Origin: a virus
Taxonomy: Duplodnaviria; Caudoviricetes
Virus record (IMG/VR): IMGVR_UViG_3300017778_007071
Coordinates: 1-33,394 of that record
Strand: one strand, 5' to 3'
Length of the DNA stretch: 33,394 nt
Each line of letters opens with the position of its first letter. Position 1 is the stretch's first letter. Under the pieces are notes generated by a model. That model had not been told where the DNA came from, made no database searches, and saw nothing but the letters and a program-made list of their open reading frames with translations. Shown here piece by piece: positions 18,230 to 29,200 of the stretch. The position numbers were made by a program, and so were the translations under genes.

Positions 18230-19383
18230 AGCGAGTTCTAGTTAGAGGTCCGTTGCTGAGTCAGTCAGGTTACGGTAACCACGCGCGTCAGATATTCAGG
18301 TGGATCCTTAAGAAGCACCCAGGGACCGAGATCAGGGTACAAATCCTACCCTGGGGAACCACCAGTTGGTATGTGAATGAGAGCGCAGAGGATGGTCTAA
18401 TCGGTGAGATCATGCGTCGAACGGGAAGCGTTGACCAGCGATTTGATGTATCTTACCAGATACAGCTCCCTAATGAGTGGGATCCAAATTTAGCCAACTT
18501 TAACGTTGGAGTTTCTGCAGTTGTTGAATCTGATCGCTGTAATCCGGCGTGGATCGATGCGTGCAACGCTATGAACCTGATCGTAGTTCCTTCAAAATTC
18601 TGCGAAAGCACTCTGCGGAACACGGGACCCGTTAGGACACAGATTGAGGTCATTCCAGAGAGTTTTATACCAGAGATTCTGAGAAGCAATTCTGTCAACA
18701 TAAATTTTGAAAATGATTTCAACTTCTTGTTGCTAGGAACTCTGACAGGTAACAATCCTCTCAACGATCGAAAGAACATGTTCTTTGCTATCAAGTGGAT
18801 CTGTGAAGAGTTCGCTAATGATCCGAGCGTCGGGATAGTTGTCAAGACAAACGTGGGTCGTGGAACAAAGCTGGATTGGCAGAATGTTGAATCGATGATC
18901 CATCGGGTCGTTTCCGAAGTCAGGAAGGGACCGTTCCCAAGAGTTCATCTGATCCACGGAATCATGTCGAACTCTGAGGTTGCTGCTCTCTATAAGCATC
19001 CTAAGATAAGGGCACTGGTTGCACCCACAAGAGGAGAGGGATTTGGCCTGCCTATACTTGAGGCTGCGGCCAGCGGGTTACCTGTGATCGCAACTGGGGC
19101 CACCGGACACATGGATTTCATGGGACTGGGAAGGTTTATCAAGCTTGATTTCGATCTTAAGCCCATCCACGAATCTCGCGCTGATGATCAGATATGGATG
19201 CGAGGATCGAATTGGGTGGAAGTCCGAGAGAGCGATTTTAAGAAGAAGCTTCGCAAGTTTAGAACGTCCAACGTCGAGCCTGTCCAGTGGGCAAAATCTC
19301 TGGCTGAGAAGCTCACAGTGACCCATAGCCCAGATGGAATCGATGATGTGTATGAGGAAAAGATCGGGTTCACGATCAGATGA
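18226..19383 (+). CDS. Glycosyltransferase family 4 (GT-B)
   Basis: SQSGYG, DRKN and RGEGFGLPILEAAASGLPVIAT. ATG 18226 sits in an ATGA overlap. Confidence 0.92.
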   Translation: MKRVLVRGPLLSQSGYGNHARQIFRWILKKHPGTEIRVQILPWGTTSWYVNESAEDGLIGEIMRRTGSVDQRFDVSYQIQLPNEWDPNLANFNVGVSAVVESDRCNPAWIDACNAMNLIVVPSKFCESTLRNTGPVRTQIEVIPESFIPEILRSNSVNINFENDFNFLLLGTLTGNNPLNDRKNMFFAIKWICEEFANDPSVGIVVKTNVGRGTKLDWQNVESMIHRVVSEVRKGPFPRVHLIHGIMSNSEVAALYKHPKIRALVAPTRGEGFGLPILEAAASGLPVIATGATGHMDFMGLGRFIKLDFDLKPIHESRADDQIWMRGSNWVEVRESDFKKKLRKFRTSNVEPVQWAKSLAEKLTVTHSPDGIDDVYEEKIGFTIR

Positions 19384-19700
19384 TCTGGTTACTTTCATCG
19401 ATTATAGCAGTTGAAACGCTAGCCTTGGCTTTCGTGACAATCTTCGCATACAAAAATGCCCTAATAATTCTGAGGATTCAGGACGCGATTGAAGAGTCAC
19501 TTGATGTTCTTGATAAGCGCTATGAGTCCATCTCTAAGATTTTAAAGATTCCTATTTTTTACGATTCTGTAGAAATTAAGAGAGCTGTCGAGGACATAAG
19601 AAAGTCTCGAGAGGCGATCCTGTACGTAGCTAATCAGTTGACATCCATCCAGGATGATGAGGGAACGAGTGGGGAACAAGAGAATAATAAAGAGAAGTAA
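19380..19700 (+). CDS. Small membrane-anchored coiled-coil protein, function unknown
   Basis: Hydrophobic N-terminus (MIWLLSSIIAVETLALAFVTIFAY) followed by amphipathic helices. ATGA-coupled. Confidence 0.7.
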   Translation: MIWLLSSIIAVETLALAFVTIFAYKNALIILRIQDAIEESLDVLDKRYESISKILKIPIFYDSVEIKRAVEDIRKSREAILYVANQLTSIQDDEGTSGEQENNKEK

Positions 19701-20385
19701 TGGGAGCAACCCGCTCTACTTTGACGCTGATACTCAACGTGCAATTGAGACGTTTCAGTCGTCGCCGGACAAGACGACCCAGCACGCTCTTTACATCAGC
19801 AAAATTATGCCTGCTTTTAACAAGCTCGTTGAAAGTCTCATCTTCATTTACGGCTTTGCCAGCCCGAATGAGCCGATAGAGCATCTTAAGAATGATTGCG
19901 TAACGTTTCTGTACGAATCACTGCACAAGTTTGACGTGACTCGTGGAACAAAAGCGTTCTCATACTTCAACGTTGTGGCCAGAAATTGGTTGGTAATCTC
20001 ATCAAAAAATCGACAGAAGAAGATTAAACGTTTCATCTCGATCGAAGATCTAAAGGAAGGCAAGGCGGGAGAGCTTGAGGCTTACAAAAACTCTCTCATC
20101 GGTGCCGGACCAGAAGAGCAGATAATCGAGACTGAGAAGAGAGATCTTGTCTTGAACATGCTCAAGAAGATCAAGAGACTTCTGAGTCAGCAGCATGAGC
20201 AAGCTTGCATCGATGCTATCATAACAGTTTTTGATCAGATCGATGATCTTGATTTTTTGAACAAGCGTGCAATTTTCGTTTACGTGAAAAATATCTCTAA
20301 TCTGAATCAGAAGCAGATGGGATCCGCCATGTCAACCATCAGAAAACATTATCGGACAATAACTAAGGGTGGGGGTCCATTCTGA
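19654..20385 (+). CDS. Phage RNA polymerase sigma-factor-like protein (possible gp55-type late sigma)
   Basis: DCVTFLYESLHKFDVTRGTKAFSYFNVVARN resembles sigma region 2 (KFD..RG.KFSTYA). Exact start uncertain (19654, 19657 or 19669). Confidence 0.65.
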   Translation: MMRERVGNKRIIKRSNGSNPLYFDADTQRAIETFQSSPDKTTQHALYISKIMPAFNKLVESLIFIYGFASPNEPIEHLKNDCVTFLYESLHKFDVTRGTKAFSYFNVVARNWLVISSKNRQKKIKRFISIEDLKEGKAGELEAYKNSLIGAGPEEQIIETEKRDLVLNMLKKIKRLLSQQHEQACIDAIITVFDQIDDLDFLNKRAIFVYVKNISNLNQKQMGSAMSTIRKHYRTITKGGGPF

Positions 20386-20747
20386 TGAGCACAATCGAGA
20401 AGATGCTGGAGCGCTTGAAGGATAACGAAAAAAAAGTTGATCAGTTCTCCGATGTGCTCGACTCCATAGAGAACACCTCTGAAAAAAAGAAGATGCTATG
20501 GAAAGAAATCTATGAGAATGCGATTGTTGATCGAACCAACGCACACATACTTTTCACCAATCTGTACTCCCAAATGGGCGCATCAGCTGCTGATCATGCG
20601 ACACTGGGTGTAACTCTTACGAAGTATCTGGAGAGAATGTCAAAGAGCAATGAGCAGCTTCTAGCTCTTTCGAAGCAGATCGCAGAGTCAGAAACTTCGA
20701 ATGATAGCATCTCAGAAGATGAGATATTCAACAGGATACAGAAGTAA
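20385..20747 (+). CDS. Hypothetical alpha-helical phage protein
   Basis: 120-aa coupled ORF (TGATG overlap) with a helical, charged composition. Could be a small terminase subunit but no diagnostic motif is visible. Confidence 0.6.
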   Translation: MSTIEKMLERLKDNEKKVDQFSDVLDSIENTSEKKKMLWKEIYENAIVDRTNAHILFTNLYSQMGASAADHATLGVTLTKYLERMSKSNEQLLALSKQIAESETSNDSISEDEIFNRIQK

Positions 20748-20748
20748 G

Positions 20749-22122
20749 ATGTCGCAGGTATTTCGAAAAGGGCTTGTCATTGATGTTCTCTGCAATTTGA
20801 TCGATGTCGATCGAAACGAGGAGATTGCAGAGTACCAGAAGCTTATTACATCGAAATATTTGAAATCTTTTCCAAGAAACACTGCGATCGTGAAAGATCT
20901 GACGCGTGGATCATCGAAAAGAGACGATAAGAAGCTTGTTTGCCTGCCTTTCTTATCGTCCCATCTGGCGATGCCCTTAAAGCCGGGAGAGGTAGTATGG
21001 TTCATCTACGAAGATCCAGATGATCCAGGCGAAATTGCTTATTGGATCTCTCGCCTGAGCGCTCCCGCTCACATCGAGGATGTCAATTTTGCTTTTTACT
21101 CACGAGCGTTTAAGCAGAATCCGAACGAGTCCCAACCCACGTCCAGCGAAACATTTGACGGAGCGGCTGCGGACGAGGGTGAGACGCAGACTTTCTCATA
21201 CGTCAGCCCTACTGGTAACCCAGGTGAGATGGTAGAACTCATCAATCTTTCGAAGAGAGTTCATAGATTTGAACCTGTTCCAAGATACAGCAAGAGACCG
21301 GGTGACCTGGTACTTCAGGGATCAAATAATACTCTCATCATGCTCGGGGAGGAAAGAGGACAGACTGCAGAGAGCTCCGATGATATCAAATTCACCTCCA
21401 ACGTCGCTGGAATCCCTGTTGAAAGTGGGGCTATCGATATTGTTGTTGGTAGAGGAAAGGTAAGCGCAACGGCAGGTGAAACGATCGTTAATGAGTTGGG
21501 AATCACCGAGATCAACAAGCGTAAGAACATCGAGACTGAGGGCGATGCTCACTTTTTCTCCGATGCGGCAAGAGTCTATCTAACCTCGAACTCATCGGAT
21601 CGCTCTGCTGCTTACCACCCTGACGAGATGCTAAACATCGCTCTGCCTTCGAACAACGGATTTTCAAACCTTTCCTACGGATCAGGTTCTTTTGCGATCG
21701 TTAAAGCTGACAATCTGAGAATCGTAGGACGAGATTCTGGAACGATCAGGATCGTTAAAGAGCCCACAGGATCGACAACCAATGGCTCTGCTATCGTGAT
21801 GCACAGCGATGGAAATCTCCAGCTAGCTGCGAAAAAAGTGAGCTTATCATCGTACCGCGCAGGCAGAGGGACCCAACCTTACGTTAGGTACAAAGAGCTG
21901 ACGAGCTTGCTTAATTCGATCTTAACTGATATCACAACTTTCTGCGCGACCCTTGCAACTCACGTCACGCCGGGATTCGGGGCTCCATCTCCCCAGATCA
22001 CAGCTGCTGCAATCACCCTACAGACATCAATCACATCGAAGAGCGTGCTTTTGCAGAGCGGTCTGGTACAAGTCGATGGAACGCCCCAAAATCTTGGGTC
22101 AGTCATAATTTACGGAGAGTGA
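20749..22122 (+). CDS. Baseplate hub/spike protein (gp5/VgrG/gpV-like)
   Basis: OB-fold-like PFLSSHLAMPLKPGEVVWFIY...YW, then PGDLVLQGSNNTLIMLG and repeated short beta strands. Lies upstream of gp25. Start moved to ATG 20749. Confidence 0.62.
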   Translation: MSQVFRKGLVIDVLCNLIDVDRNEEIAEYQKLITSKYLKSFPRNTAIVKDLTRGSSKRDDKKLVCLPFLSSHLAMPLKPGEVVWFIYEDPDDPGEIAYWISRLSAPAHIEDVNFAFYSRAFKQNPNESQPTSSETFDGAAADEGETQTFSYVSPTGNPGEMVELINLSKRVHRFEPVPRYSKRPGDLVLQGSNNTLIMLGEERGQTAESSDDIKFTSNVAGIPVESGAIDIVVGRGKVSATAGETIVNELGITEINKRKNIETEGDAHFFSDAARVYLTSNSSDRSAAYHPDEMLNIALPSNNGFSNLSYGSGSFAIVKADNLRIVGRDSGTIRIVKEPTGSTTNGSAIVMHSDGNLQLAAKKVSLSSYRAGRGTQPYVRYKELTSLLNSILTDITTFCATLATHVTPGFGAPSPQITAAAITLQTSITSKSVLLQSGLVQVDGTPQNLGSVIIYGE

Positions 22123-22386
22123 ATGCCAGTTACAGCAGTTCCAAATCTTCCAGCTTTACAAGCAAGTATCAAAAAAGCATTCGACAATGCTATTACTGCC
22201 GCCGGCGGGACACCAGGGCCAGATACATCGGCTATCAACACAGCATTAGCAAAAGAGATCTCGAAAGCTATCAACTCATTCGTTGAAGCTGCTCTTGTGA
22301 CTGTCACTGTATCAACGAGTGTATCTGCGATCTCCGCCGATGGCTCACCGGTTACAGGAACAGGAACAGGAACAGGCGTCAGTTAA
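22123..22386 (+). CDS. Small virion protein between spike and gp25 (possible spike-tip protein)
   Basis: 87 aa, A/T/G-rich, ending in TGTGTGTGVS encoded by ACAGGA repeats (22354-22377). Confidence 0.5.
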   Translation: MPVTAVPNLPALQASIKKAFDNAITAAGGTPGPDTSAINTALAKEISKAINSFVEAALVTVTVSTSVSAISADGSPVTGTGTGTGVS

Positions 22387-22435
22387 AGCCAGGAAACTTT
22401 CGGTTCGCATTATTTATTGACCGAGGGAACTAGCG

Positions 22436-22918
22436 TTGGCCCAATCAAAGTCATACAGCTTCAACAGCGTCGGTCAAAAAAAGACGACATACGACGCTAA
22501 TCAAAGCATCCGCGTTACTGAACCTCCGATTGGGATAAAGACTCCTGTCGAGATCGGCAGCGGTGATGATGGCATCTTCAAGATGAACAGGAAGCTGTCT
22601 GATCAGATCAAAGACAATTTTATCAATCTCATACTGACAAACAACAACGAGCGACTAGGATTTCACGATTTTGGAGCGAATATCCGACCGCTGCTTTTCG
22701 AGCTGGGAACTGAGGACGGTGATCAGGAGGCGATGAGACGGATTCAATCCGCTGTTGCAAAGTACATGCCGTTTGTTCAACTTGAGAACTTTCTGACACA
22801 GCCTCAGACTTCTGAATCAGCAGCGACAGCAAAGATCAGGATGGTAGTAACTTATTCTGTTCCAAGAGCAAACTTGACAGATCAGTCGATCGGAATAACA
22901 CTTAACTTCTCCGGGTAA
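22436..22918 (+). CDS. Baseplate wedge subunit, gp25/GPW-like
   Basis: QIKDNFINLILTNNNERLGFHDFGANIRPLLFE...IQSAVAKYMPFV matches the gp25 pattern (LxT..GER...PxFG..L..LLFE). Confidence 0.88.
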   Translation: MAQSKSYSFNSVGQKKTTYDANQSIRVTEPPIGIKTPVEIGSGDDGIFKMNRKLSDQIKDNFINLILTNNNERLGFHDFGANIRPLLFELGTEDGDQEAMRRIQSAVAKYMPFVQLENFLTQPQTSESAATAKIRMVVTYSVPRANLTDQSIGITLNFSG

Positions 22919-22921
22919 GAA

Positions 22922-24760
22922 ATGGCAGGAAATCAACAGTTAAAGACATCCAGAAACAGATCTTACGTAGCGAAAGATTTCGACAGCTTCAGGGCTGATC
23001 TACTTCGCTACGCGAGGACATACTTCGGAGATAAAATACAGGACTTTTCCGAGCCGAGCCTCGGAGGTCTTTTGCTTGATATGGCCGCATCGGTGTCCGA
23101 CTCGATGTCGTTCTACCTTGATCATCAGTTCAGGGAAATGTCATGGTCAACAGCGGTTGAGAGCTCAAATCTTATCAGGATGATCAGGGAATCAGGCCTC
23201 AAACCGAAGGGGGCATCACCGTCCGTTGTGACAGTGTCAATTTTCATAGAGGTTCCTGCGAAGCTGGTCGGAGGAGAGTATGTCCCTGACGATGATACGC
23301 TACCTGTCATAAAGCAGAACACGCAGCTCTCATCAAATGCTGGGGTTATTTTTACACTCTCTGAGAATTTAGATTTTTCAGCAAAAGATAAGAATCAGGA
23401 GCTGCTTGCTGAGTATGTCACCGGCGAGAAAGATAACGCTGGCAACCCGGTCACTTTTGTTCTAAAGCGTGACGCAAGTTGCGTATCAGGTCAAATCACG
23501 ACGGACTCATTCAATATCTCAAGTGATCCGCTTCCATTCTTCACGTTATCACTAACGAACACGGACGTCAGCGAGATACTTGAGGTCACGGACGACGATA
23601 ACAACCAGTACTATGAGGTTCAGACGCTAAGTCAGGACACGGTCTTCAGGACATTCCCGAACTTTTCATCCGATTCCGAGGAAGTTCCAAGATCGATAGA
23701 GGTTATACCCGCACCGCGCAGATTCATAAGCTATCTGGATCCGACAACAAGGATAACAACGATACAGTTCGGCGGGGGAAACGCTCTCACAACGCAGGAT
23801 GATTCCATTCCCGATCCGGAAGTTCTCGCGCTTCCGTTGTACGGAACCACCGTCTTCAGCAGATTCGCCCTTGATCCGAACGCTCTGCTGCAAACAAAGA
23901 CCTTGGGCGTGAAGCCCAGCAACACGAAGCTCTCGATAACATACAGGTACGGCGGTGGAGCATCGCACAATGTCGCATCCAGAACCGTACGAGGCGTTTC
24001 ATCGCTGCTGATTGAATTTCCGGATGAATGCCCAGCTGCTACGGCTTCATCTGTAAGAGCGTCAATCAGCGTGAGAAATGATGCGGTAGCTTCCGGAGGC
24101 TCAGCCGCTCCTACCATAGAAGATCTTAGAGCTCTAATACCAGCAGCCAGAAGTCAGCAGGATCGAGTTGTCACCAAGGAAGATCTGATATCCAGAGTGT
24201 ATACGCTTCCTACCAAGCTAGGTCGAGTTTTCCGTGCATCCGCGCAACCCAACCCTGGAAATCCTCTCGCTTGTAAGCTTTATATCTGCTCGAAGGACAA
24301 GAACGGATTCGTGACAACATCGAGCGATACACTCAAAAACAATCTGAGAGTTTACCTGAATGAGTTCAGGTTGATCAGCGACGCTGTTGAGGTCCTTGAT
24401 GCTTCTCCGATCAACATCAGAGTTCGATTTAGCATTTTTATAAATCCAAATCTAAATAAATCAACAACTCTCCAGGCAGTGATATCGAAGATAAGCGACG
24501 TTCTGAACATCTCAAAGATCCAGATCGACCAACCGATCCTAATCTCTGACTTGCAGAATGCAGTGATCAACACAGCGGGTGTTCTCTCTCTGGTTTCATT
24601 ACAGATTGAGAACGTTAGCGGGACAGTTCAGGATCGCTCCTACTCGAGCACTACTCACAACGTCAAACGCTACACGAAAAATGGAGTTGTTTACGGTCCC
24701 GCTGGAAGCATCTTCGAGCTTCGTTATCCACAGTACGACATCATCGGGACGGCAGTCTAA
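22922..24760 (+). CDS. Baseplate wedge subunit, T4 gp6 / baseplate J-like
   Basis: Y..KDFDSFRADL, DFSE.SLG..LLD..A.V.D..SFYLD, IQFGGG, YRYGGG..N, ASGG....IEDLR and QDRVVTKED. Confidence 0.88.
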   Translation: MAGNQQLKTSRNRSYVAKDFDSFRADLLRYARTYFGDKIQDFSEPSLGGLLLDMAASVSDSMSFYLDHQFREMSWSTAVESSNLIRMIRESGLKPKGASPSVVTVSIFIEVPAKLVGGEYVPDDDTLPVIKQNTQLSSNAGVIFTLSENLDFSAKDKNQELLAEYVTGEKDNAGNPVTFVLKRDASCVSGQITTDSFNISSDPLPFFTLSLTNTDVSEILEVTDDDNNQYYEVQTLSQDTVFRTFPNFSSDSEEVPRSIEVIPAPRRFISYLDPTTRITTIQFGGGNALTTQDDSIPDPEVLALPLYGTTVFSRFALDPNALLQTKTLGVKPSNTKLSITYRYGGGASHNVASRTVRGVSSLLIEFPDECPAATASSVRASISVRNDAVASGGSAAPTIEDLRALIPAARSQQDRVVTKEDLISRVYTLPTKLGRVFRASAQPNPGNPLACKLYICSKDKNGFVTTSSDTLKNNLRVYLNEFRLISDAVEVLDASPINIRVRFSIFINPNLNKSTTLQAVISKISDVLNISKIQIDQPILISDLQNAVINTAGVLSLVSLQIENVSGTVQDRSYSSTTHNVKRYTKNGVVYGPAGSIFELRYPQYDIIGTAV

Positions 24761-26271
24761 TGTATCTTATATCAACAGCATCAGCTGACACGTACATCAC
24801 CAATAAAATCGTTGATGGCTTAAGAACCGAGGACTCAAACGTAGGAAGAGCTGGGACGCTGGACCTGTTTAAGCTGTACAATGAAACGTTATCAGGGTCA
24901 ACCGGATTTCACACCGAGCTTTCAAGGATCCTGATCAAATTCGATTCTGCCAGGGTTCGCGCACTGTCAAGCGGAACTCTTGATGTTAACGCAAGCAGCT
25001 TCAAGGCGAAGCTGCACCTGCGACCTGTCCAGACTAACCTACCAGTCCCTCGGGACTTCACCGTATCCGTCTTTCCACTCGCCAAAAGCTTCAAGGAGGG
25101 TGATGGAAGGGACGTGTCTGGCTTCACGGACATAGATGCTGCTAGCTACATAAGCTCATCTTACGGGGTCCCATGGGCAATCTCAGGAGCTTACGCGTCG
25201 GGTGCTGTTGGCAATGCAGGGGTCGATTACTACGCATCAGGAAATCTTCTCGATGGTATGGGGTTGAGAAGCCTGGAGTCGAAGCAAACATTTCTGGATG
25301 GAACTGAGGATCTATTTGTCGATGTTACCGATATCGTATCGGCTACAATCGCTAACATCATCCCTGATCATGGGTTCTTGATCGCTTTTACATCGAGCCA
25401 AGAGACTGATTCGACGACTCGCTTTGTCAAGAGGTTTGCATCACGCCATGTCACCCAGGAGGCTCTTCGTCCCAAGCTTGAGATCAGCTTCAACGATGCA
25501 ATCTTTGATGCTCATGCTGGATCTTACTTTGACGTATCCGGCTCGCTTTACTTACGTAACTTCGCTGGGACATCACTTAGAAATTTACTCTCATCTTCCA
25601 TCGAGATCACCGGATCGAATTGCCTACGAGTGGTGCTTTCGACAGGTTCATACTCAAAGTCTCTATCTGCGTCACAAGAGAGCGTAGGATCGTTTCTGAA
25701 AACAGGAGTATACTCAGCTGATTTTTACATATCGGCCCAGGACAGTGGAGTTGTCAGCGGAACTTTGAAACTTTCTGACCATATAGCATCATCTGGGTCG
25801 ATCACATTTTCTGAGAAGTGGCAATCCAACGACGGCAGCGTAACTTTTCTTTCAACTTTTCTCACCTGCTCGATTCCTGCAAGATCAGCATTCAATGCCG
25901 TTCCCAATCGTTTGAACGTTAGAAGCACGAACGTTTTGTCCACATACACCCGGCCGTCGTCCAGCAGAATTAGAGTTTTTTCATACGATCAAGATTATGA
26001 TCCAGCCGCTAGCAGGGTCTCCAGACCAACTCGAAGCTCGTTACCAGAGGCTTATTACAGAATCAAAGATCTAGAGGGACAGATTTACATTCCATTCGAA
26101 CGAGAAAATGGCGGGACAAGACTCTCAACTGACGCAAATGGTCTGTTCTTTGATCTATTCACTGATGGTCTGCCGTCTGGGAAGATCATGACGATAGACT
26201 ATCTTATAGTCGATCAACAAACAGAATACATCGTAGAAGATAAGAACGTAAGATTCTCAGTGGGAGAGTAG
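24760..26271 (+). CDS. Virion structural protein with a DNRLRE-like (carbohydrate-binding-type) N-terminal domain
   Basis: ADTYI...SRILIKFD...AKLHL...VDVTDIV...HGFLI...FASR...RPKLEI follows the DNRLRE domain pattern. Confidence 0.6.
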   Translation: MYLISTASADTYITNKIVDGLRTEDSNVGRAGTLDLFKLYNETLSGSTGFHTELSRILIKFDSARVRALSSGTLDVNASSFKAKLHLRPVQTNLPVPRDFTVSVFPLAKSFKEGDGRDVSGFTDIDAASYISSSYGVPWAISGAYASGAVGNAGVDYYASGNLLDGMGLRSLESKQTFLDGTEDLFVDVTDIVSATIANIIPDHGFLIAFTSSQETDSTTRFVKRFASRHVTQEALRPKLEISFNDAIFDAHAGSYFDVSGSLYLRNFAGTSLRNLLSSSIEITGSNCLRVVLSTGSYSKSLSASQESVGSFLKTGVYSADFYISAQDSGVVSGTLKLSDHIASSGSITFSEKWQSNDGSVTFLSTFLTCSIPARSAFNAVPNRLNVRSTNVLSTYTRPSSSRIRVFSYDQDYDPAASRVSRPTRSSLPEAYYRIKDLEGQIYIPFERENGGTRLSTDANGLFFDLFTDGLPSGKIMTIDYLIVDQQTEYIVEDKNVRFSVGE

Positions 26272-29200
26272 GTGTCCAACAAACTATACAAAGGAAACTT
26301 CGCCCAGAATCGCCTCCTGAAAGAGCTCCAGGGTGACAGCGTCAAGTTGAGAAATGTAGTCGGCAATGACGCTAAAAATTTCATAGATGAAGATCAGCTA
26401 TCATTTCGCCTTGATCCGCCTGGAACAGGTCTGAAATCGACCCAGCAGCTGATGCTGGATTGGTCAAACTTTGAGAATCACACGTTCTTTAACTCAGCCC
26501 AAGCAAAAACAAACGTAGCTTTTGAGTCCGTTTTCAATCAATTTCCGTTTGACGGTGACGTAAAAAGCATCAACTCATTTCTGGATTCATTAACTGGTTT
26601 CGAAAAGTACGTCTTTGACTCTATTCCGAAGAGCACAGGATATCTCAATTTTGATTCTTCCAATCACATTAACGTAATTGACAGCGCAGGTGTTCTGTTC
26701 CCAGAGATGTCAAAGGATCGAACGGGATCTCCTAAGATAGACCCAGGCAATGCATCTATGACAGTGGAGATGCAGCTGTTTGTTCCGTCCGGAAGTAACA
26801 GTAACCAAGTGATAATGCAGAAGATAAACGGAACTAATAACGGGTTCACGCTCGCACTCTCTCAAAGCTCTGCAGGTGATAAGTGCAACTTAGATTTTTA
26901 TATCTCATCAGGATCGACGTTCATGACGTCATCACTGCAAGTTACAAAAGGAAAGTTTTCATCAATAGCTGCACAGTTCAACAGAGCATCTGGGGTTGAT
27001 CGTCTCTATCTTTTTCGAGATGGTTCACTGATCTCATCCTCAAGCAAGTCAGCGTATATTGGCACGATCGATTTTAAGGTCAGCCCACTTTTAATCGGCT
27101 CGGGAACGAATCACGTCCTGGGATCATCTTACACATTCACGCCAGCTGCTAGATTGTCTGGGTCCATCGATGACCTAAGGATCTTTCATCTCACGAGAAC
27201 AGCGCAGCAGATCAGCTCCAGCATGTATTCCACGGTTTACCCTGCTGATGGATTGAAGCTCCTGTTTCGTTTTAATGAGCCCACAGGATCGTATACGAAC
27301 AATTCAATTGTGATCGATCACTCTGGGAATGGTCTTCACGCTACAATCTCAAACTTCTCAAGCAATCAGAGAATCCCGCATGCATCCAATCCTCTGATTT
27401 TTGAGAAAAAAGCTTTCTCACCGATTCTATTCCCTGATCATCCGAGCATCGTGACCCTGAACGAGAGCTTACTTCTCTCCGCGTCCCAGTATGATCAGAA
27501 CAACCCGAACCTGATTACGAAGCTGATACCACAGCACTACCTGACTCGTGAGCAGGAGTTTTACGTTCTTGACTCAATCGAGGGCGGCGTCGGCGATTCG
27601 ATAGATGAAGGAAATTCCCTACCTCGCGAGACAAGACTCGGGTCGATACAGCTCATCAGCTCGCTGCTTTACGTGTGGGCGAAGCAATTTGATGAGACGA
27701 AGTGCTTCCTAGACCACGTGTCTAGGTTAAGATCGACAGACTACAATGACGTTGGCACGGTTTCCGACCAGATGTTGCCCTATCTCGCCGACTATTACGG
27801 AGTCAACCTGCCCAATATGTTCAAGGGCGTGAGTCTACCAAGATATATTTTAGGTGAATCAGAGACTGCAAACACAGCTGAATTACAGCTTTCATTCCAA
27901 ACAATACAAAATACTATCTGGCGCCGAATTCTGAATGAGTTTCCATCTGTTATGAAATCTCGTGGAACTCTCCACGCCATAAAGAGTCTGATTCGTGCTG
28001 CTGGCATAGAGACGGACAGCATCATGAAGTTTCGAGAATACGGCGGCCCAAAATCAGGGTACATCACAACCGAGAGATCACAACGATCTATTACGCAAGG
28101 GTTTCTCAATTTTAGCGGTTCCCTGTTCAACGGGACAGTGAACTATGATCCAGTAACAGGTGTCCCCAACAATCTACCTTTCGTCTCAAGCTCATACCTA
28201 AGCGCTTCACGGGTTGAACCTGGGGCTCCGACGGTTTCAAATACCGTATCGGACGGTCTCTTCACCTCCGGGTCATGGTCATATGAAGCTATCTACAAGT
28301 TCGAACCTAACACGAACCACACTTCTGTTCAAAGTTTAGCGCGCTTGCACGTGACTGGAACAAGCTCGCCGAGTAATACACATGGGCTGATGACAAACTT
28401 GGTCCTTACCGCTGGATCATCTACATCCTCGCTTGATCTCTACGTAGGAAGTGATGTTTCATCGTCAGGGCGTTATCTCAAGCTATCGTTAGGTGATAAC
28501 AACATTTTTGACGGTTCCAGCTGGCACATATCATTCGGTCGAAAAATGACTGAAAACGTGCCAAGCTCTTCGTACTTTGTTTGGGCGGCTCGGGCGAACA
28601 ACGACGTCTCCAACTACTCGATAACGTCTGCTTCATACTTTGATGAAGGGACAGCGATGGATACCGTCTCAGCTTACAACAAGTCAGGAAGCTTCCTGTG
28701 TATAGGGCCTCAATCAATATTTGAGGGTGGAAATAAGCTTCTAAATAACATGAGCATACCAGACTCTGCTCGTGAGACGATGTTCAGCGGGAAAGTTTCT
28801 AAAATTAGATTCTGGACCAAATCGTTGACAGAGGCTGAGCTGCTTGAGCATGCTAGGAACGTTGAATCGTTGGGAGTTGAAAGTCCCAAGCTGAACTACA
28901 ATTTCGTAACCCAAATTTCAGGATCATGGGAGCGGCTGAGGGTAGATGCTTCATGCGTGCAGGAGATCACATCATCCGCAGCATCTGGTGGAATTAGAAT
29001 CTTTGATTACTCACAGAACAATTTTCATCTAACTGGATCAGGTTTTGGAAATGGGGAGCAGGTAATCGAAAATGAACGTGTCAAATCTTCAGCGATTTCC
29101 ATGCAGTTTGATGAAGCTCAGACAAGCAACAAGATCAGGGTCAGAAGCTACCTTGATTATGACACTGCTAGAAGGGAGGGTGAGTCTGTCGCGCCGATCT

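Noticed and set aside
559-19383. Ordinary bacterial O-antigen/capsule locus
   Set aside because: No flippase, polymerase, chain-length regulator, ABC exporter or initiating transferase in the window, and it is coupled directly to phage genes.
20428-20488. Poly-A runs in the 120-aa gene as frameshift or phase-variation sites
   Set aside because: They encode Glu-Lys-Lys stretches, the ORF is intact and no useful alternative frame is evident.
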